DNA of 64,000 nt from a virus, in the UHGV virus genome UHGV-1366828; one strand, given 5' to 3'. The notes under the pieces were generated by a model that was given only the letters and a program-made list of their open reading frames with translations, was not told the origin of the DNA and did not search any database. The position numbers were made by a program, and so were the translations under genes. This document shows positions 1 to 9,772 of the stretch, in pieces; the first letter of the stretch is position 1, and every line of letters begins with the position of its first letter.

Positions 1-43
1 TCTCGCCTAAAGTTTTTGGCCTATATTTTGTAGCGAGAGACAT

Positions 44-433
44 TTACTGCACCCTTTCGTAGTATGTTATGGCCTTCAACGGCACCCACATATTTTCATA
101 CATACTGTCATTTGACAACCCTGTCTTAAAATCATATCCTCTACCTGTAAACTGCACCATCTTGCCTACGAATTTATTTATTTGAATAATCAGGGTTGTG
201 TCAGTTATTTTTCGACCTTGATTCCAAGTTGCATCCAAAGTAAAGTTTTCAGGAGGGTTAGTTATATAGTTAGCTAAAACTACCTTGTACACCCCGTTTA
301 CGAGCAGCTCACAAGTTTCGTTTTTTATGGGCTCACGTATTCTTGGAAACAGTATGTATGTAGACGACTCATCGTAGTCTGGTTTATTCGGTAGGTTCAA
401 CTTCTCCAGTTGTTTCAGTATCAGCTTGTTCAT
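44..433 (-). CDS. hypothetical protein; start moved to the internal ATG (MNKLILKQ...), which has an AGGAGAAAC SD. The 5' part of the 44..610 ORF overlaps the upstream gene out of frame.
   Basis: ORF track; SD (AGGAGA) 7 nt upstream of ATG at ~433; upstream extension has no SD and overlaps the HD gene. Confidence 0.4.
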   Translation of the reverse strand: MNKLILKQLEKLNLPNKPDYDESSTYILFPRIREPIKNETCELLVNGVYKVVLANYITNPPENFTLDATWNQGRKITDTTLIIQINKFVGKMVQFTGRGYDFKTGLSNDSMYENMWVPLKAITYYERVQ

Positions 434-1097
434 GTTTCTCCTGTCTAAAGAAAATATTTCCGTTGGTATTTTCGTTAATGAATGCCGACTCAACATCTGC
501 AATGTAAAGCAGTGTAGCAAGAGGATAAGCATTCCAGATGCTTCCAATGTTGTCCTGCATGCTATCCCAAGACATATTTCCATGATGGTGAATGATTGCA
601 ACGGATTCAAAATGGTTCAGAGGAATAAACGAACGAATGTAATATTCAGAAGTGGTTTCGTGATTTCCATAAAGAAATCTTTCACTGTCGTCGAGATACC
701 CATAACACTTCTCACTCACCCAATCAAAACGACCGAGTTCATCTTTCTTACTTCCCTTTTCGCTGTACACCTTTTTGTTACGATAGTCAACCTTATAGAA
801 ATTCACTTTGGACAGGTCGTGAAGAAGAGCAACAATCTTACAAGTATCTTCGTCGATAACAGACTCCATTCCAAAGTCTTCTACGAGGCGCTTCAGATTA
901 TTGTACACGTTCAATGAATGCTGGCAAAGACCCCCTTTGTACGACCCGTGGTACTTATGGCTTGCCGGGGCAACAAAGAAATCAGAGTTAGTTAGCCAGT
1001 TAATAAGACCGTCAATATTTGCACCGTAACGTTCAATTGAACTAACCAGGTTGATAAAAGTATCCTTGTTCTCCTGAATCTGCATCTCTGTAATCAT
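384..1097 (-). CDS. HD-domain phosphohydrolase (YfbR-like 5'-deoxynucleotidase fold)
   Basis: H..H ... GGLCQHSL ... KIVALLHDLSK motif pattern typical of the HD superfamily; AGGAGG SD before ATG. Confidence 0.55.
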   Translation of the reverse strand: MITEMQIQENKDTFINLVSSIERYGANIDGLINWLTNSDFFVAPASHKYHGSYKGGLCQHSLNVYNNLKRLVEDFGMESVIDEDTCKIVALLHDLSKVNFYKVDYRNKKVYSEKGSKKDELGRFDWVSEKCYGYLDDSERFLYGNHETTSEYYIRSFIPLNHFESVAIIHHHGNMSWDSMQDNIGSIWNAYPLATLLYIADVESAFINENTNGNIFFRQEKHEQADTETTGEVEPTE

Positions 1098-1110
1098 GTT
1101 TTTTCCTCCT

Positions 1111-1150
1111 AAATAATAAAAAATACTACTATATTTTAGATAGTAGTATT
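1111..1150 (-). terminator. rho-independent terminator (minus strand)
   Basis: perfect 11-bp inverted repeat AATACTACTAT/ATAGTAGTATT with a 7-nt loop, followed on the minus strand by a T-run (plus-strand A-run 1111-1121); lies between the nuclease gene and the HD gene. Confidence 0.5.
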
Positions 1151-1322
1151 ATATGATATTTATTCAATTTATTCAACTTGTTGCACTTCAGACGATGTAT
1201 CTTCTTTATTCTTTCCGTAAATAGCAAACCAATACTCCATCTGAAGAAATGATACTCGGTAATCGGGGTTATGAGCATTTTCGCCTAGTATCTGTACAAT
1301 ATCTTGTACTGTTATATATCTA

Positions 1323-1691
1323 TTATTCATTGTATTCTTCTAACTTCTCTACAAGAAATTTCATTAACTTCTCCTCGATGACATAATAGTTAGGAGTGCC
1401 AGGACCAAAGTTAATACATAAACAGTTATTGTCGAGACGTTTACTGAATGCCTCTTCTTTGTTTTTAACAAGCCAGTCTCTTTTAACAGAAACAGATTGC
1501 TTCTCTGTCATAACTGTTTTACATTCAATTAACAGAGAAGCATCTTTCTGAATAACGTCACCACCAGAGAACTTTCCTGCCCCAGAATTTGCAACTTTTG
1601 TGCCCCCAAGAGCTCTGGCAACAGAGGTTTCGTGTTGGTCGCTATAATACCGTGTTGCTGTTTGATTATTGGTCAAGTTACATCTCCTCAA
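1323..1691 (-). CDS. PD-(D/E)xK nuclease-like protein (VRR-NUC/resolvase-like)
   Basis: GGDVIQKD...LLIECKTV matches a D-(x)n-E-x-K nuclease core; small size; located next to recA. Confidence 0.4.
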   Translation of the reverse strand: MRRCNLTNNQTATRYYSDQHETSVARALGGTKVANSGAGKFSGGDVIQKDASLLIECKTVMTEKQSVSVKRDWLVKNKEEAFSKRLDNNCLCINFGPGTPNYYVIEEKLMKFLVEKLEEYNE

Positions 1692-2862
1692 GATTGGTGG
1701 TAGTAATATCTACACCCAATTTTTCGCTGACGTCAATATTAAGTAGTGTTTCAAAACTCTTGATGAACGGGTCGTCTTTCTTACTCAGCATACTGTAACA
1801 TCTGTCATACAGCTTACGAGCTTCTACAGGATTGGTCTGAAAATATGTGTAGACATTCTTCTTTCCGCGTATCTTAATCTCATTTCCCAGCTCGTCTTTC
1901 AGAAGTTCTCCTGTATCAGGATCTACAAGTTTAAATGACCCCTGAACTGAATTATCAATCAATCCAAGATGAACACCAACATCAATTGTATCCTGCAACC
2001 AATCAATTCCCTTAGTGTAATTAAGGTGTGCCATGCCAAGTTTTCTGTCCCATTTACATACCTTAGTTTTAAGGACGTAACACTCGATAATATGGCCTGC
2101 AGGAGATTCTGCTTTCTTCGTTAGGATATTACCCTCCTCGTCAAAGAAATCTCCTCGCTTAAACATAAGCCGCATAGAACAAGCATGCTTCCAAGCTCTT
2201 CCTCCAGGAGTAGTAAGAGGATCTCCATAACCGGTCATGTTTTCACGAACCTGATTGATTGCAATAAGTGTTGCTTTGTACTTACGAAGTAATCCTATAG
2301 CAGTATTTGCAAAACGAGTTAGAGCCTTGGCAATTCCGCCCATCTGTTGCTTCTCCATAGACTCATCAGCAATCTGCGCAGGGACAAGCGTTGCAATACT
2401 GTCGAATACAAGGAGTCCTACTTCCCCTGTCTTCAACATTTCAAGCGCCATGTCAAAGATCTCTTCTGCAGACTGCGCTTCTGGACGAATACATACAGTC
2501 TTAACAGCCGCATTCTCGCTCATGTCATAACCGAGCTTTGCTGCCCAAACAGGATCCGCTGTGCCTTCATTATCCAGAAATACAATGCATCGTGGGTTAT
2601 TCGGGTTCCTTGTAATCTCTGCTTTCTGATAAGACGCGCAAGCAAGAAAGGCGTTTGTAGTCTTGCCGCTCCCCTCAGCACCTGAGAATTCGACGATTCT
2701 CCCCTCTGGAATCCCCCCGTAAATTGCAAAATCAAGCCCCGGAGATCCCAAAGATAATACCCCGTCTACACACAGATCATCAACCCCAAACTTAACTACA
2801 TTGTCGCCATACTTCTTTGAAATAGATTTCAACACTTCATTTAAACTTTTTGACTCTGCCAT
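1678..2862 (-). CDS. recA: RecA/UvsX-family recombinase
   Basis: Walker A GAEGSGKTT; RecA core LIAINQVRENMTGYGDPLTTPGGRAWKHACSMRL (cf. [34 protein letters not shown]); GGAGGA SD before ATG at 2862 (MAESKSLNEV). Confidence 0.8.
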   Translation of the reverse strand: MAESKSLNEVLKSISKKYGDNVVKFGVDDLCVDGVLSLGSPGLDFAIYGGIPEGRIVEFSGAEGSGKTTNAFLACASYQKAEITRNPNNPRCIVFLDNEGTADPVWAAKLGYDMSENAAVKTVCIRPEAQSAEEIFDMALEMLKTGEVGLLVFDSIATLVPAQIADESMEKQQMGGIAKALTRFANTAIGLLRKYKATLIAINQVRENMTGYGDPLTTPGGRAWKHACSMRLMFKRGDFFDEEGNILTKKAESPAGHIIECYVLKTKVCKWDRKLGMAHLNYTKGIDWLQDTIDVGVHLGLIDNSVQGSFKLVDPDTGELLKDELGNEIKIRGKKNVYTYFQTNPVEARKLYDRCYSMLSKKDDPFIKSFETLLNIDVSEKLGVDITTTNLEEM

Positions 2863-4442
2863 TATGTCCTCCAAACAAAAGTAGATTGTCCACAATCATA
2901 TATACAAACAAAATTGTTTGCTAACATCAGCTCTTTATTTGAGCTACCTTTTCCATAGTTCGTGCCAAATAACTGGTCATACCCTCTTTGCATCAGTAGA
3001 TTGTTTGTAATGTGTTTCTTGTCCTTATCTCGATACCAATGTATGCTCGGCGCATTATTACTTAGTGGCATAAAGCCTAACTTTGTATAAACATCTCCAG
3101 TAAATTTACTGTTGTCACAGTAGGATATGACAGCTTCGGGTTTATATACATTGACAAAATATTTAAATAACTTTTCTGCCCCACCTATAACTAAATATTT
3201 ACATCTTGTACACAGACGAAGTAATTCCCATTGGTAATTCTTATTGTAACGAGGTTTGCCAAAGGTCATTACCTGCACAAGTTCATCATTATAGTATAGG
3301 CCTAACAGTACTTTCTGTCCGCTACAAGTATTCTGAAAATGATATGTATTTAAGAATGCGTCGCACTCTTTTTTATCTATCTCTCTTAAAGTACATTTAC
3401 GAGCATAAACAGATTGTTTGGAAAGTAAAGCTGAAACAATCTTTTGTTTATCGTCCCAGTCCCACACGTGAACACATCTGTAACCATTATCTTTCGCACA
3501 ATTTGATTTGTTAAGATGATATAAAGAGTCTATAGGCTCTCCAGGAAAAGGTGACCATGTAGTATTATGTGTGCTGTAAGGATCAATTTCAACTAAAATA
3601 TTGCCTATTCGAAAATCAAACCAATAATGACCAAGTCGAAATTCTTCTTCGTATTCTATACCTAGATTGTCCAAAAGGACAGCGAACTCATTGTTGTATT
3701 TACTATTTTTCTTGTAAGCTAAGTTCTTACGGCAGTCTTCTGTTACTACATATTCTTCTACACCGTAACGCTCTAGGTTAGTTTCACGTCGTTTGATACA
3801 TGCTTCAGAATATGACGCATGCAAGCTACCTTTATTTCTAATTCTGGTTTCTTTCGACTTTTGTTTTACAGCTTCGTTTTGAGCTGTACTTCTAGTCCCG
3901 TAACGCTGTAAATTTGTCTGTATAACTTTCTCTTTTATATCGTTGTTCTGCATTGCATTAACAACACCATATTTGCTTATACAAGTTTCTATGTGCTTGT
4001 CAATGTTATTGTAGTTTGCGTCGCCGTGCCGTTTTAGTTTCGTCTGTTTACATTTAATAACATTCTGCTTCTTCTGCTCTTCTGACTGTGAATGTATTCC
4101 TTTATTTACTAAAAGTTTGTTTCTTCCTTCATCAGACTTAATATGAAAGTACGCGAATATATGAGATAGCTGATTGTAATTGGGAATATTGAATTTTTCG
4201 CAAAGTTCTTTCGCAGAATAGGATTTAAAACATTCTTTAAATTCTGTTTCGTCAATATTCCCAATAAGTTGAAAGAATTTGTTTTGTGGGTTGTACTTCA
4301 CCAGATGATACCAGTAACGCAGCTTCTCTGACTGTGCTTCTGTAATGTTAAAATGTTTCAAAGTTTCAGACAAAGAGTGAGTTGTGTAATATTCCTCAAA
4401 CGAATCTTTTGGTATTGAGTTTACTAGTTCATCTAGTGTCAT
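2862..4442 (-). CDS. free-standing homing-endonuclease-like protein with a Vsr/DUF559-like PD-(D/E)xK nuclease core and repeated helical (K/R)YG DNA-binding-type modules
   Basis: HYWFDFRIGNILVEIDPYSTH resembles the Vsr/DUF559 nuclease signature; four ~30-aa repeats ending in RYG/RHG/KYG; inserted between recA and the coiled-coil gene. Confidence 0.35.
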   Translation of the reverse strand: MTLDELVNSIPKDSFEEYYTTHSLSETLKHFNITEAQSEKLRYWYHLVKYNPQNKFFQLIGNIDETEFKECFKSYSAKELCEKFNIPNYNQLSHIFAYFHIKSDEGRNKLLVNKGIHSQSEEQKKQNVIKCKQTKLKRHGDANYNNIDKHIETCISKYGVVNAMQNNDIKEKVIQTNLQRYGTRSTAQNEAVKQKSKETRIRNKGSLHASYSEACIKRRETNLERYGVEEYVVTEDCRKNLAYKKNSKYNNEFAVLLDNLGIEYEEEFRLGHYWFDFRIGNILVEIDPYSTHNTTWSPFPGEPIDSLYHLNKSNCAKDNGYRCVHVWDWDDKQKIVSALLSKQSVYARKCTLREIDKKECDAFLNTYHFQNTCSGQKVLLGLYYNDELVQVMTFGKPRYNKNYQWELLRLCTRCKYLVIGGAEKLFKYFVNVYKPEAVISYCDNSKFTGDVYTKLGFMPLSNNAPSIHWYRDKDKKHITNNLLMQRGYDQLFGTNYGKGSSNKELMLANNFVCIYDCGQSTFVWRT

Positions 4443-4454
4443 AGTTCCTCCTAA

Positions 4455-5021
4455 TCAAAGGTCAATTGTTTCGTTAAGAATTTTACGAACTCCTGTAACA
4501 GGCGTAGACGGAAGATATTCTTCACCCATACGTCTGCTGATAGATTTCGAGATAGTTGATATCATCGTGTTAGCTGCGTCAATCTTATTCTTCAAAACTT
4601 TATATGCCCTAGCATAGATGTCATTTGTAATGGCTTCTGACTTTGAAGCTTCTTCGCTGAGTGCTACTAGCTCATTGACAGTCTTCTTCTTATTACTAGT
4701 AGTGTCGGGAAGCTGGTTATCAAGATACGCCTGGTTGTATACTTCCTTATACTTTGTTTTACTAAGGTAATCAAGAGACCCTAATTTTTCAAGTCGCTCC
4801 TGCATAAAGTAAAGACAGTTAGAAAGCTCAAGATGATACTTTTCAAAGACAGAGATTGACGGGTCTGGAACTGAGATGATATCTGTATACACTGCCTGCA
4901 TAACATCGTCAAGTTCTTTCGTATATCGTTTGATTACTTCATCAGAGATTGTGGAATAAATAGCAAGATTGTCCTCTGTTTCAGCGACAACTTTTTCAAT
5001 TTCTTCAATAGAGATTTGCAT
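4455..5021 (-). CDS. hypothetical coiled-coil protein
   Basis: ORF track, compact spacing. Confidence 0.45.
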   Translation of the reverse strand: MQISIEEIEKVVAETEDNLAIYSTISDEVIKRYTKELDDVMQAVYTDIISVPDPSISVFEKYHLELSNCLYFMQERLEKLGSLDYLSKTKYKEVYNQAYLDNQLPDTTSNKKKTVNELVALSEEASKSEAITNDIYARAYKVLKNKIDAANTMISTISKSISRRMGEEYLPSTPVTGVRKILNETIDL

Positions 5022-5034
5022 ATCTTTACCTTCC

Positions 5035-5502
5035 TCACCAAGTTTCTTCTAAATCTAATAATTGTTTATAATCAGAGTCAAGAAATACTCTTTTCTTCTT
5101 TGACGGTATATCGATTATTTCTTCTTTACCAAGATGCCGTATTCCTACAGACTGTTCATTTTTTGATAACAACTTCGTCACTGTTTTAATTGGAACATAC
5201 AAACATTTGTCTTTTTCGTACAGCCATAAGATTATTCCTACTCTTATTCCCGGAAGCCCGACAAACTGCGTCAGTCTATCATACTGAGAAACAGAACTAA
5301 ATGGAAGAGATGCTCCTGCATGACTCTTACACTCAAGTAAGAATAGTTTACCGTCAACATACGCTATGAAGTCACATAAGTTTGCAGAAGTATACTTGTA
5401 CCCGGACACTTGGTCATTCAATCTGAGTAAGAAAGTGCCCGGGAAACTGTTGTGCCAATCTTGACGAAATTTGTTTTCAAATTGTTTACCGTAATTCGGC
5501 AT
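5035..5502 (-). CDS. recU: RecU-like Holliday junction resolvase
   Basis: SGYKYTSANLCDFIAYVDGKLFLLECKS...QYDRL...GIRVGIILW follows the RecU pattern (DY.G...FE.K.T...Q..L...G..F.II). Confidence 0.5.
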   Translation of the reverse strand: MPNYGKQFENKFRQDWHNSFPGTFLLRLNDQVSGYKYTSANLCDFIAYVDGKLFLLECKSHAGASLPFSSVSQYDRLTQFVGLPGIRVGIILWLYEKDKCLYVPIKTVTKLLSKNEQSVGIRHLGKEEIIDIPSKKKRVFLDSDYKQLLDLEETW

Positions 5503-6617
5503 TACTGAACCCGAATTTCCGGAATAACGTTTGTCACATTGTTAGATACAAGAAGAATAGCAGAATTGTTTCCGAAGGATATGTGTACATTCTTAGTACG
5601 ATTACTATCCAGCATCTTTGTAAGTTCAATGATGTCAATTGTAACTTCATATGGCTCTACGATGCTGTTATTTGCTGTTTCGTACATAACCTTTTCTGTA
5701 CTATTCTTCTTAGTATCACTCACCTTAACAAACTCTCGTTCAAAGTCAAGGCAAGCAGAAGAAAGCATAGCATCCTGGGAGAACAGTGAGAAACGTTCAA
5801 GTGCTTCAAGAAGTTTGTTACGAGGAATACTTACGGTATAAGGCAGCTCGCCAGAGGCAAGGGAACGGATCCGATTTACCGGAACACTCTTCATCATAGT
5901 ATCATCGCAAGAAAGAATTGCCGACAGACGGACTTTCGGAGTTGTGAAAGAAATACGAGTCTGAATAATTTCATCACTAAGAGGCTCGGTTCCGTAACAG
6001 ATGCGAACCTGCTCATTTTCAAACAACTTGAACAGCTTAACAAGACGAGCGTTTAGAAGAAGCTTGATGTCTGCGCCCAGATCAAAGTTATTGACTGTTG
6101 CTCCGGAAGTGAATGTAAGAGCACCATGTTGGTCAATGTAGAAATACTTCTGAACAGCATTTGAAATAACACCAACATCAAGCTGACGACTATTTGCAGT
6201 CATAATACTGTTGAGCACATCAGACGACACATCAAATTCAGAAGAGATGTTATTCACTTCAATCTTTGGAAGTGTCATCATAACGGAATCTTCAAAGATA
6301 AGCGGCAGGCGATATGTTCCGTTTCCCTTAACAACAAGGAACTTGTCAGTAACGGAAAGTTCAACATATTCCGTTGTAATTCGAGAGATCAGCTTTGTAA
6401 ACAATTCCGCATCAACTGTTGCATGAATTTCTTCGGGTTCGTCAACAGGAATATTGATTGTAACAAAGTATTCTTTATTTGTCACTGAAAGTTGAAGTAC
6501 ATCGTCCTTTGTTTCAAGTTCAAGTACTTCTGTAAGCTGCGAGATGGAATTTGCATCTACAGCATTTGAAATTGTAGAGCAAGGCTTCTGAATTGTTTCA
6601 AGTTTAATTTTCATCAA
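5502..6617 (-). CDS. DNA polymerase sliding clamp (DnaN/beta-clamp-like)
   Basis: 371 aa; N-terminus MKIKLETIQKP...; three-domain-size protein in the replication module; weak DnaN-like pattern. Confidence 0.35.
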   Translation of the reverse strand: MMKIKLETIQKPCSTISNAVDANSISQLTEVLELETKDDVLQLSVTNKEYFVTINIPVDEPEEIHATVDAELFTKLISRITTEYVELSVTDKFLVVKGNGTYRLPLIFEDSVMMTLPKIEVNNISSEFDVSSDVLNSIMTANSRQLDVGVISNAVQKYFYIDQHGALTFTSGATVNNFDLGADIKLLLNARLVKLFKLFENEQVRICYGTEPLSDEIIQTRISFTTPKVRLSAILSCDDTMMKSVPVNRIRSLASGELPYTVSIPRNKLLEALERFSLFSQDAMLSSACLDFEREFVKVSDTKKNSTEKVMYETANNSIVEPYEVTIDIIELTKMLDSNRTKNVHISFGNNSAILLVSNNVTNVIPEIRVQ

Positions 6618-6670
6618 TGATACCTCATTATATTTTTGTTTTAGTATAACGTGGGATTACAATTATTAAA

Positions 6671-7381
6671 TCAAGAATCCCAGCCGGGGTACGGAATAAA
6701 CTTGTAGCAATTCATCAGTTCGCCGTCAAGTTTAATAATCTCTCCTGTCATGATTTTATTCTTAGTCAGAAGAAAGAAGATCCATTCCGCAACATCTCCT
6801 ACAGTTGAAAGACGTCCTGTAATACTCAGATCTTGAATTGCTTTCATAAGGTCGGGGTCAGCATAGAGTTCGGGTTCAAGCGCAGTTCCCACAAAACTTC
6901 CTTCAGCGGCAGGAACAATTCCGTCAATGTTGAGGGAATTAACAAGAACGTGTCGACTATCGTGGCCCAAGTTATTAGCTGCCCACTTCGTCAGAGCATC
7001 ACGACCTCCCTGTGACACACAATATTCCATGTTGTCGTATCCCTTAATTGAAGCTGTACTGCCAATCTGGACAATCGCCTTGAGCATTGGGTCCGAACTA
7101 TACTTCTTAATTATGTTCATGTACCCAATAAGATTAACTGCAATCGCCTGTGCCTTAGGCGTGACAATTCCTGCATTGTTAACAATGTACGTAATGTTTT
7201 TCAGGTCAGGCAGAGAATTGAAGTCACTTACATCACATTCATGATGAATATACTGACAAGACTGAGGAATTGTTGCAGGCTTCCAATCTAGACCTACAAC
7301 ACAATAACCCTCTTCAATAAACTTCATTGCTGCGGCACGACCTACACCATAACTAGTACCCGTAATAAGAACTGTTTCCAT
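6671..7381 (-). CDS. short-chain dehydrogenase/reductase (SDR) family oxidoreductase, translationally coupled to the dpdA-like gene
   Basis: TGTSYGVGRAAA Rossmann motif; NNAG motif; Y...K catalytic region. GGATGGTGA SD overlaps the dpdA stop, which lies 7 nt before the ATG (METVLITG). Confidence 0.55.
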   Translation of the reverse strand: METVLITGTSYGVGRAAAMKFIEEGYCVVGLDWKPATIPQSCQYIHHECDVSDFNSLPDLKNITYIVNNAGIVTPKAQAIAVNLIGYMNIIKKYSSDPMLKAIVQIGSTASIKGYDNMEYCVSQGGRDALTKWAANNLGHDSRHVLVNSLNIDGIVPAAEGSFVGTALEPELYADPDLMKAIQDLSITGRLSTVGDVAEWIFFLLTKNKIMTGEIIKLDGELMNCYKFIPYPGWDS

Positions 7382-7388
7382 GTTCAAT

Positions 7389-8312
7389 TCACCATCCCAA
7401 GCCATTTTTGAATGTTGTGTTATGAGGTTCGAGTTTAGCTACCCAATCAAGCGTGTCAAGAATATTAAACTCTGCACGCTTACCAGAATCCTGCTCCAGT
7501 TCTTCAAGCGTAAATCCTCGCTGTTTAATTCTTTTCAGCACATCTTCCTGAAGAGCCTTACTTTGCTGGCTTAGCGACCGGTCGTCTGCTTTTGCCTTCA
7601 TGACTTCGGAAACATGAATTGACTTATCGTCAACAGCTATCATTCCATACGCAGCACGCTTTACCCAAGAGGTAGCATCAGTGGAGGTTACAGTGATATT
7701 GTCCAGAACAGACTTTACTCCAACTCCGAAAGCGTGGGTCATTACATTAGGGTTAGAACTTTCATGAATAACTCGCATACACTCTCTACCCCAATTGATT
7801 CGGACCTTTTTCGTTCCTTCAAGAGAAATTGCTAGGCCAATATACTTAATCGGTGAGCCGTCAGGGTGACGATACTCGAGCATATTTCGGAGCCACTTAA
7901 AATCTTCCCCATAATGGAATACAGGGATGAGTTTGTCTCGAAGTTCCGGGCGAATTCTTTCAACCATGTAGAGATAATTATCCCAGGTAGTTTTAGCCTT
8001 ATTGTAGTCCATATTCATCGGGTCCGGAACATCATCAACTGCGACAAAAACAGTTACATAGTCTCCAATCTCATCAATGAACTTAAGATAGTCATCAATG
8101 TCAATATGGACTCCCTTTGTATATGCAGTAAAAGATCCAGAGTCTACCATAATACGTCCGGTATGCTCAGGATGTTCCTGCTTATACTCAATTAGGGACT
8201 TGATGCCCTTTCGCTCGTGCCACTGAGAGAAAAGCTGGTCAACATTCAATCGTCGTTTCATATCCTGATACGACATTCCTGAAAAATAATAGATTGTCTT
8301 CTCGTTTTCCAT
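7389..8312 (-). CDS. dpdA: DpdA-like tRNA-guanine transglycosylase superfamily protein (7-deazaguanine DNA transglycosylase)
   Basis: TGT signature blocks: MVDSGSF (cf. TDSGGFQ), VAVDDV (cf. IFDEC), YIGLAISLEG (cf. YAVGGLAVGE), FGVGVKS (cf. MGVGKPE), DATSWVKRAAYG (cf. PTRNARNG); no CxCxxC zinc site, as in phage DpdA. Confidence 0.6.
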   Translation of the reverse strand: MENEKTIYYFSGMSYQDMKRRLNVDQLFSQWHERKGIKSLIEYKQEHPEHTGRIMVDSGSFTAYTKGVHIDIDDYLKFIDEIGDYVTVFVAVDDVPDPMNMDYNKAKTTWDNYLYMVERIRPELRDKLIPVFHYGEDFKWLRNMLEYRHPDGSPIKYIGLAISLEGTKKVRINWGRECMRVIHESSNPNVMTHAFGVGVKSVLDNITVTSTDATSWVKRAAYGMIAVDDKSIHVSEVMKAKADDRSLSQQSKALQEDVLKRIKQRGFTLEELEQDSGKRAEFNILDTLDWVAKLEPHNTTFKNGLGW

Positions 8313-8420
8313 ATCATGCCTTCCTTAGCAATATTGATACCTTTATTATATAAAATTCTTATTTTCTTTTCAACTATACACTTTAGGAGAATGTTAGTGT
8401 TCAAAATGTTTTGACGTTTT

Positions 8421-8909
8421 TTAAGAAATACTAGTTACCCAGTCTAGTACTTCTTTTGGTGTATTTAAAACAGTGTGATTAGAAACTCCAAGTAGCATAT
8501 TGTTAATTGCAGGATCTGTAGCAACTGTCCAATATTGATGGGAGTTGGCAGGGAGTACCTCGATAGGATACACATTGTTTATCCTTGTGCCCTTATGCAG
8601 TTTACAAAACTCTGTTGCATAAAGTGCAACTGGTTTATGTAGTGCATATGCAATTCCCGCTTCCACAGCCGTGCCGGGGTCATCTCCGTCAATATAAGCA
8701 ACCATACAGTCGCAACCGATGATGTGCTCAACATCTGTATTGAACGTACTCAAAGAATCCTGGTATGTACTTTGGTCTTCAAAGATGACACCTTCGTCTC
8801 TCCAGGGGAAATATACTTCATGCCCTGCGGCTTCGAGCATGTCAGCAATCTTCTTTTCATGCTCGAAGTAGGCAAGGTTATCCATAATCTGTGCAAAGTA
8901 TATCTTCAT
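8421..8909 (-). CDS. nucleoside 2-deoxyribosyltransferase superfamily protein (NDT/DNPH1-like)
   Basis: KIYFA...IIGCDCMVAYIDGDDPGTAVEAGIAYALHKPVALY matches the NDT/Rcl core (ADVVVAEV...LGVGYELGRAVA..KP). Confidence 0.5.
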   Translation of the reverse strand: MKIYFAQIMDNLAYFEHEKKIADMLEAAGHEVYFPWRDEGVIFEDQSTYQDSLSTFNTDVEHIIGCDCMVAYIDGDDPGTAVEAGIAYALHKPVALYATEFCKLHKGTRINNVYPIEVLPANSHQYWTVATDPAINNMLLGVSNHTVLNTPKEVLDWVTSIS

Positions 8910-9694
8910 TACGCAGCCACCAGAGTAGGGGCGTCAAGGTTCTTGTTGACCTCTTGTGCTTCTTTCACAAGGTCGACATATTCCTGACCCACGTTATTCT
9001 TTCTCCAGGAATTAGCAATCTTGAATCCAATAGGGGAGAAAATCATCTGACCAATCAGCTCAATTACCATTCCCATAGCAGACATCGGAATCAGATGCAC
9101 AATGGCACCGAGTGTTCCCGCGTCCATGAACCAAGGCTGCCAAATACTGAAAAACAGACCGAAGAAGAAATTGTCCACAAACTGACCAAAAGCAGTTGAC
9201 ACCCAAGAAGCAGTAACGTACGCCTTCGCCGATGTACGATTCTTAAACTTCAGCAGGATGTACTTTGAAATGAGTGAGTTAACAATGTTACCAAAAAGGG
9301 CAGCACCGGCACCAGCGAACAGAGGCCAAGGGGCAGCAACAAACAGCGCACTGAAAATAGCAGATTCTTCAGGTGTCGCACCATACGAAGCAAAAGGCAA
9401 CATTGCGCCGATTGTCATCAGACCAATTGAAACAAGTTCAAGAAGCAACGCCGCAATGTTAATCTTGATTGCTGCTTTTGCACCGAATCGTTTTACAAGC
9501 ATATCAGACGCAAGGAACACTACCCAAGAAACAATAATGCCACAATCAAAAGGAACGGGACCAATAGCACCGCCTCTATTTGCCAGAAAGTTCATAGCAA
9601 TTAGACACGCCACAAGAAACGCAAATGGGATCGTCGGCATACATCTAAACAGTACTTTTGTTTCGTTCCATTCTTTCTTAAGATATTCAACCAT
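8909..9694 (-). CDS. yhhQ: YhhQ/COG1738-family queuosine-precursor (preQ0/preQ1) transporter
   Basis: multi-TM protein; FLASDMLVKRFGA (E. coli YhhQ FLATDLTVRIFGA) and TAFGQFVDNFFFGLFF (YhhQ TLFGNVSDTLAFFFIAF); start overlaps the stop of the NDT-like gene. Confidence 0.7.
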   Translation of the reverse strand: MVEYLKKEWNETKVLFRCMPTIPFAFLVACLIAMNFLANRGGAIGPVPFDCGIIVSWVVFLASDMLVKRFGAKAAIKINIAALLLELVSIGLMTIGAMLPFASYGATPEESAIFSALFVAAPWPLFAGAGAALFGNIVNSLISKYILLKFKNRTSAKAYVTASWVSTAFGQFVDNFFFGLFFSIWQPWFMDAGTLGAIVHLIPMSAMGMVIELIGQMIFSPIGFKIANSWRKNNVGQEYVDLVKEAQEVNKNLDAPTLVAA

Positions 9695-9772
9695 TTTAAA
9701 CTATCTCCTATTTTTATTTTTAATTTTACAGGATAGGCTGGTGGGATTTTCGAACAGCCTGTACTATATCTT

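Noticed and set aside
44-610. Full-length 188-aa ORF from the track
   Set aside because: The N-terminal 59 codons overlap the HD gene out of frame and lack an SD. An internal ATG with AGGAGA SD gives a sensible 129-aa gene (44..433).
6618-6670. GGGATT-N17-AATCCC inverted repeat as a terminator
   Set aside because: The loop is too long and there is no adjacent U-run on the transcribed strand.
8397-8431. Hairpin GTTCAAAA-tg-TTTTGAC followed by a T-run on the plus strand
   Set aside because: It would terminate plus-strand transcription, but no plus-strand genes exist. On the minus strand it is preceded rather than followed by the U-run. Possibly an incidental element or a terminator for antisense RNA.
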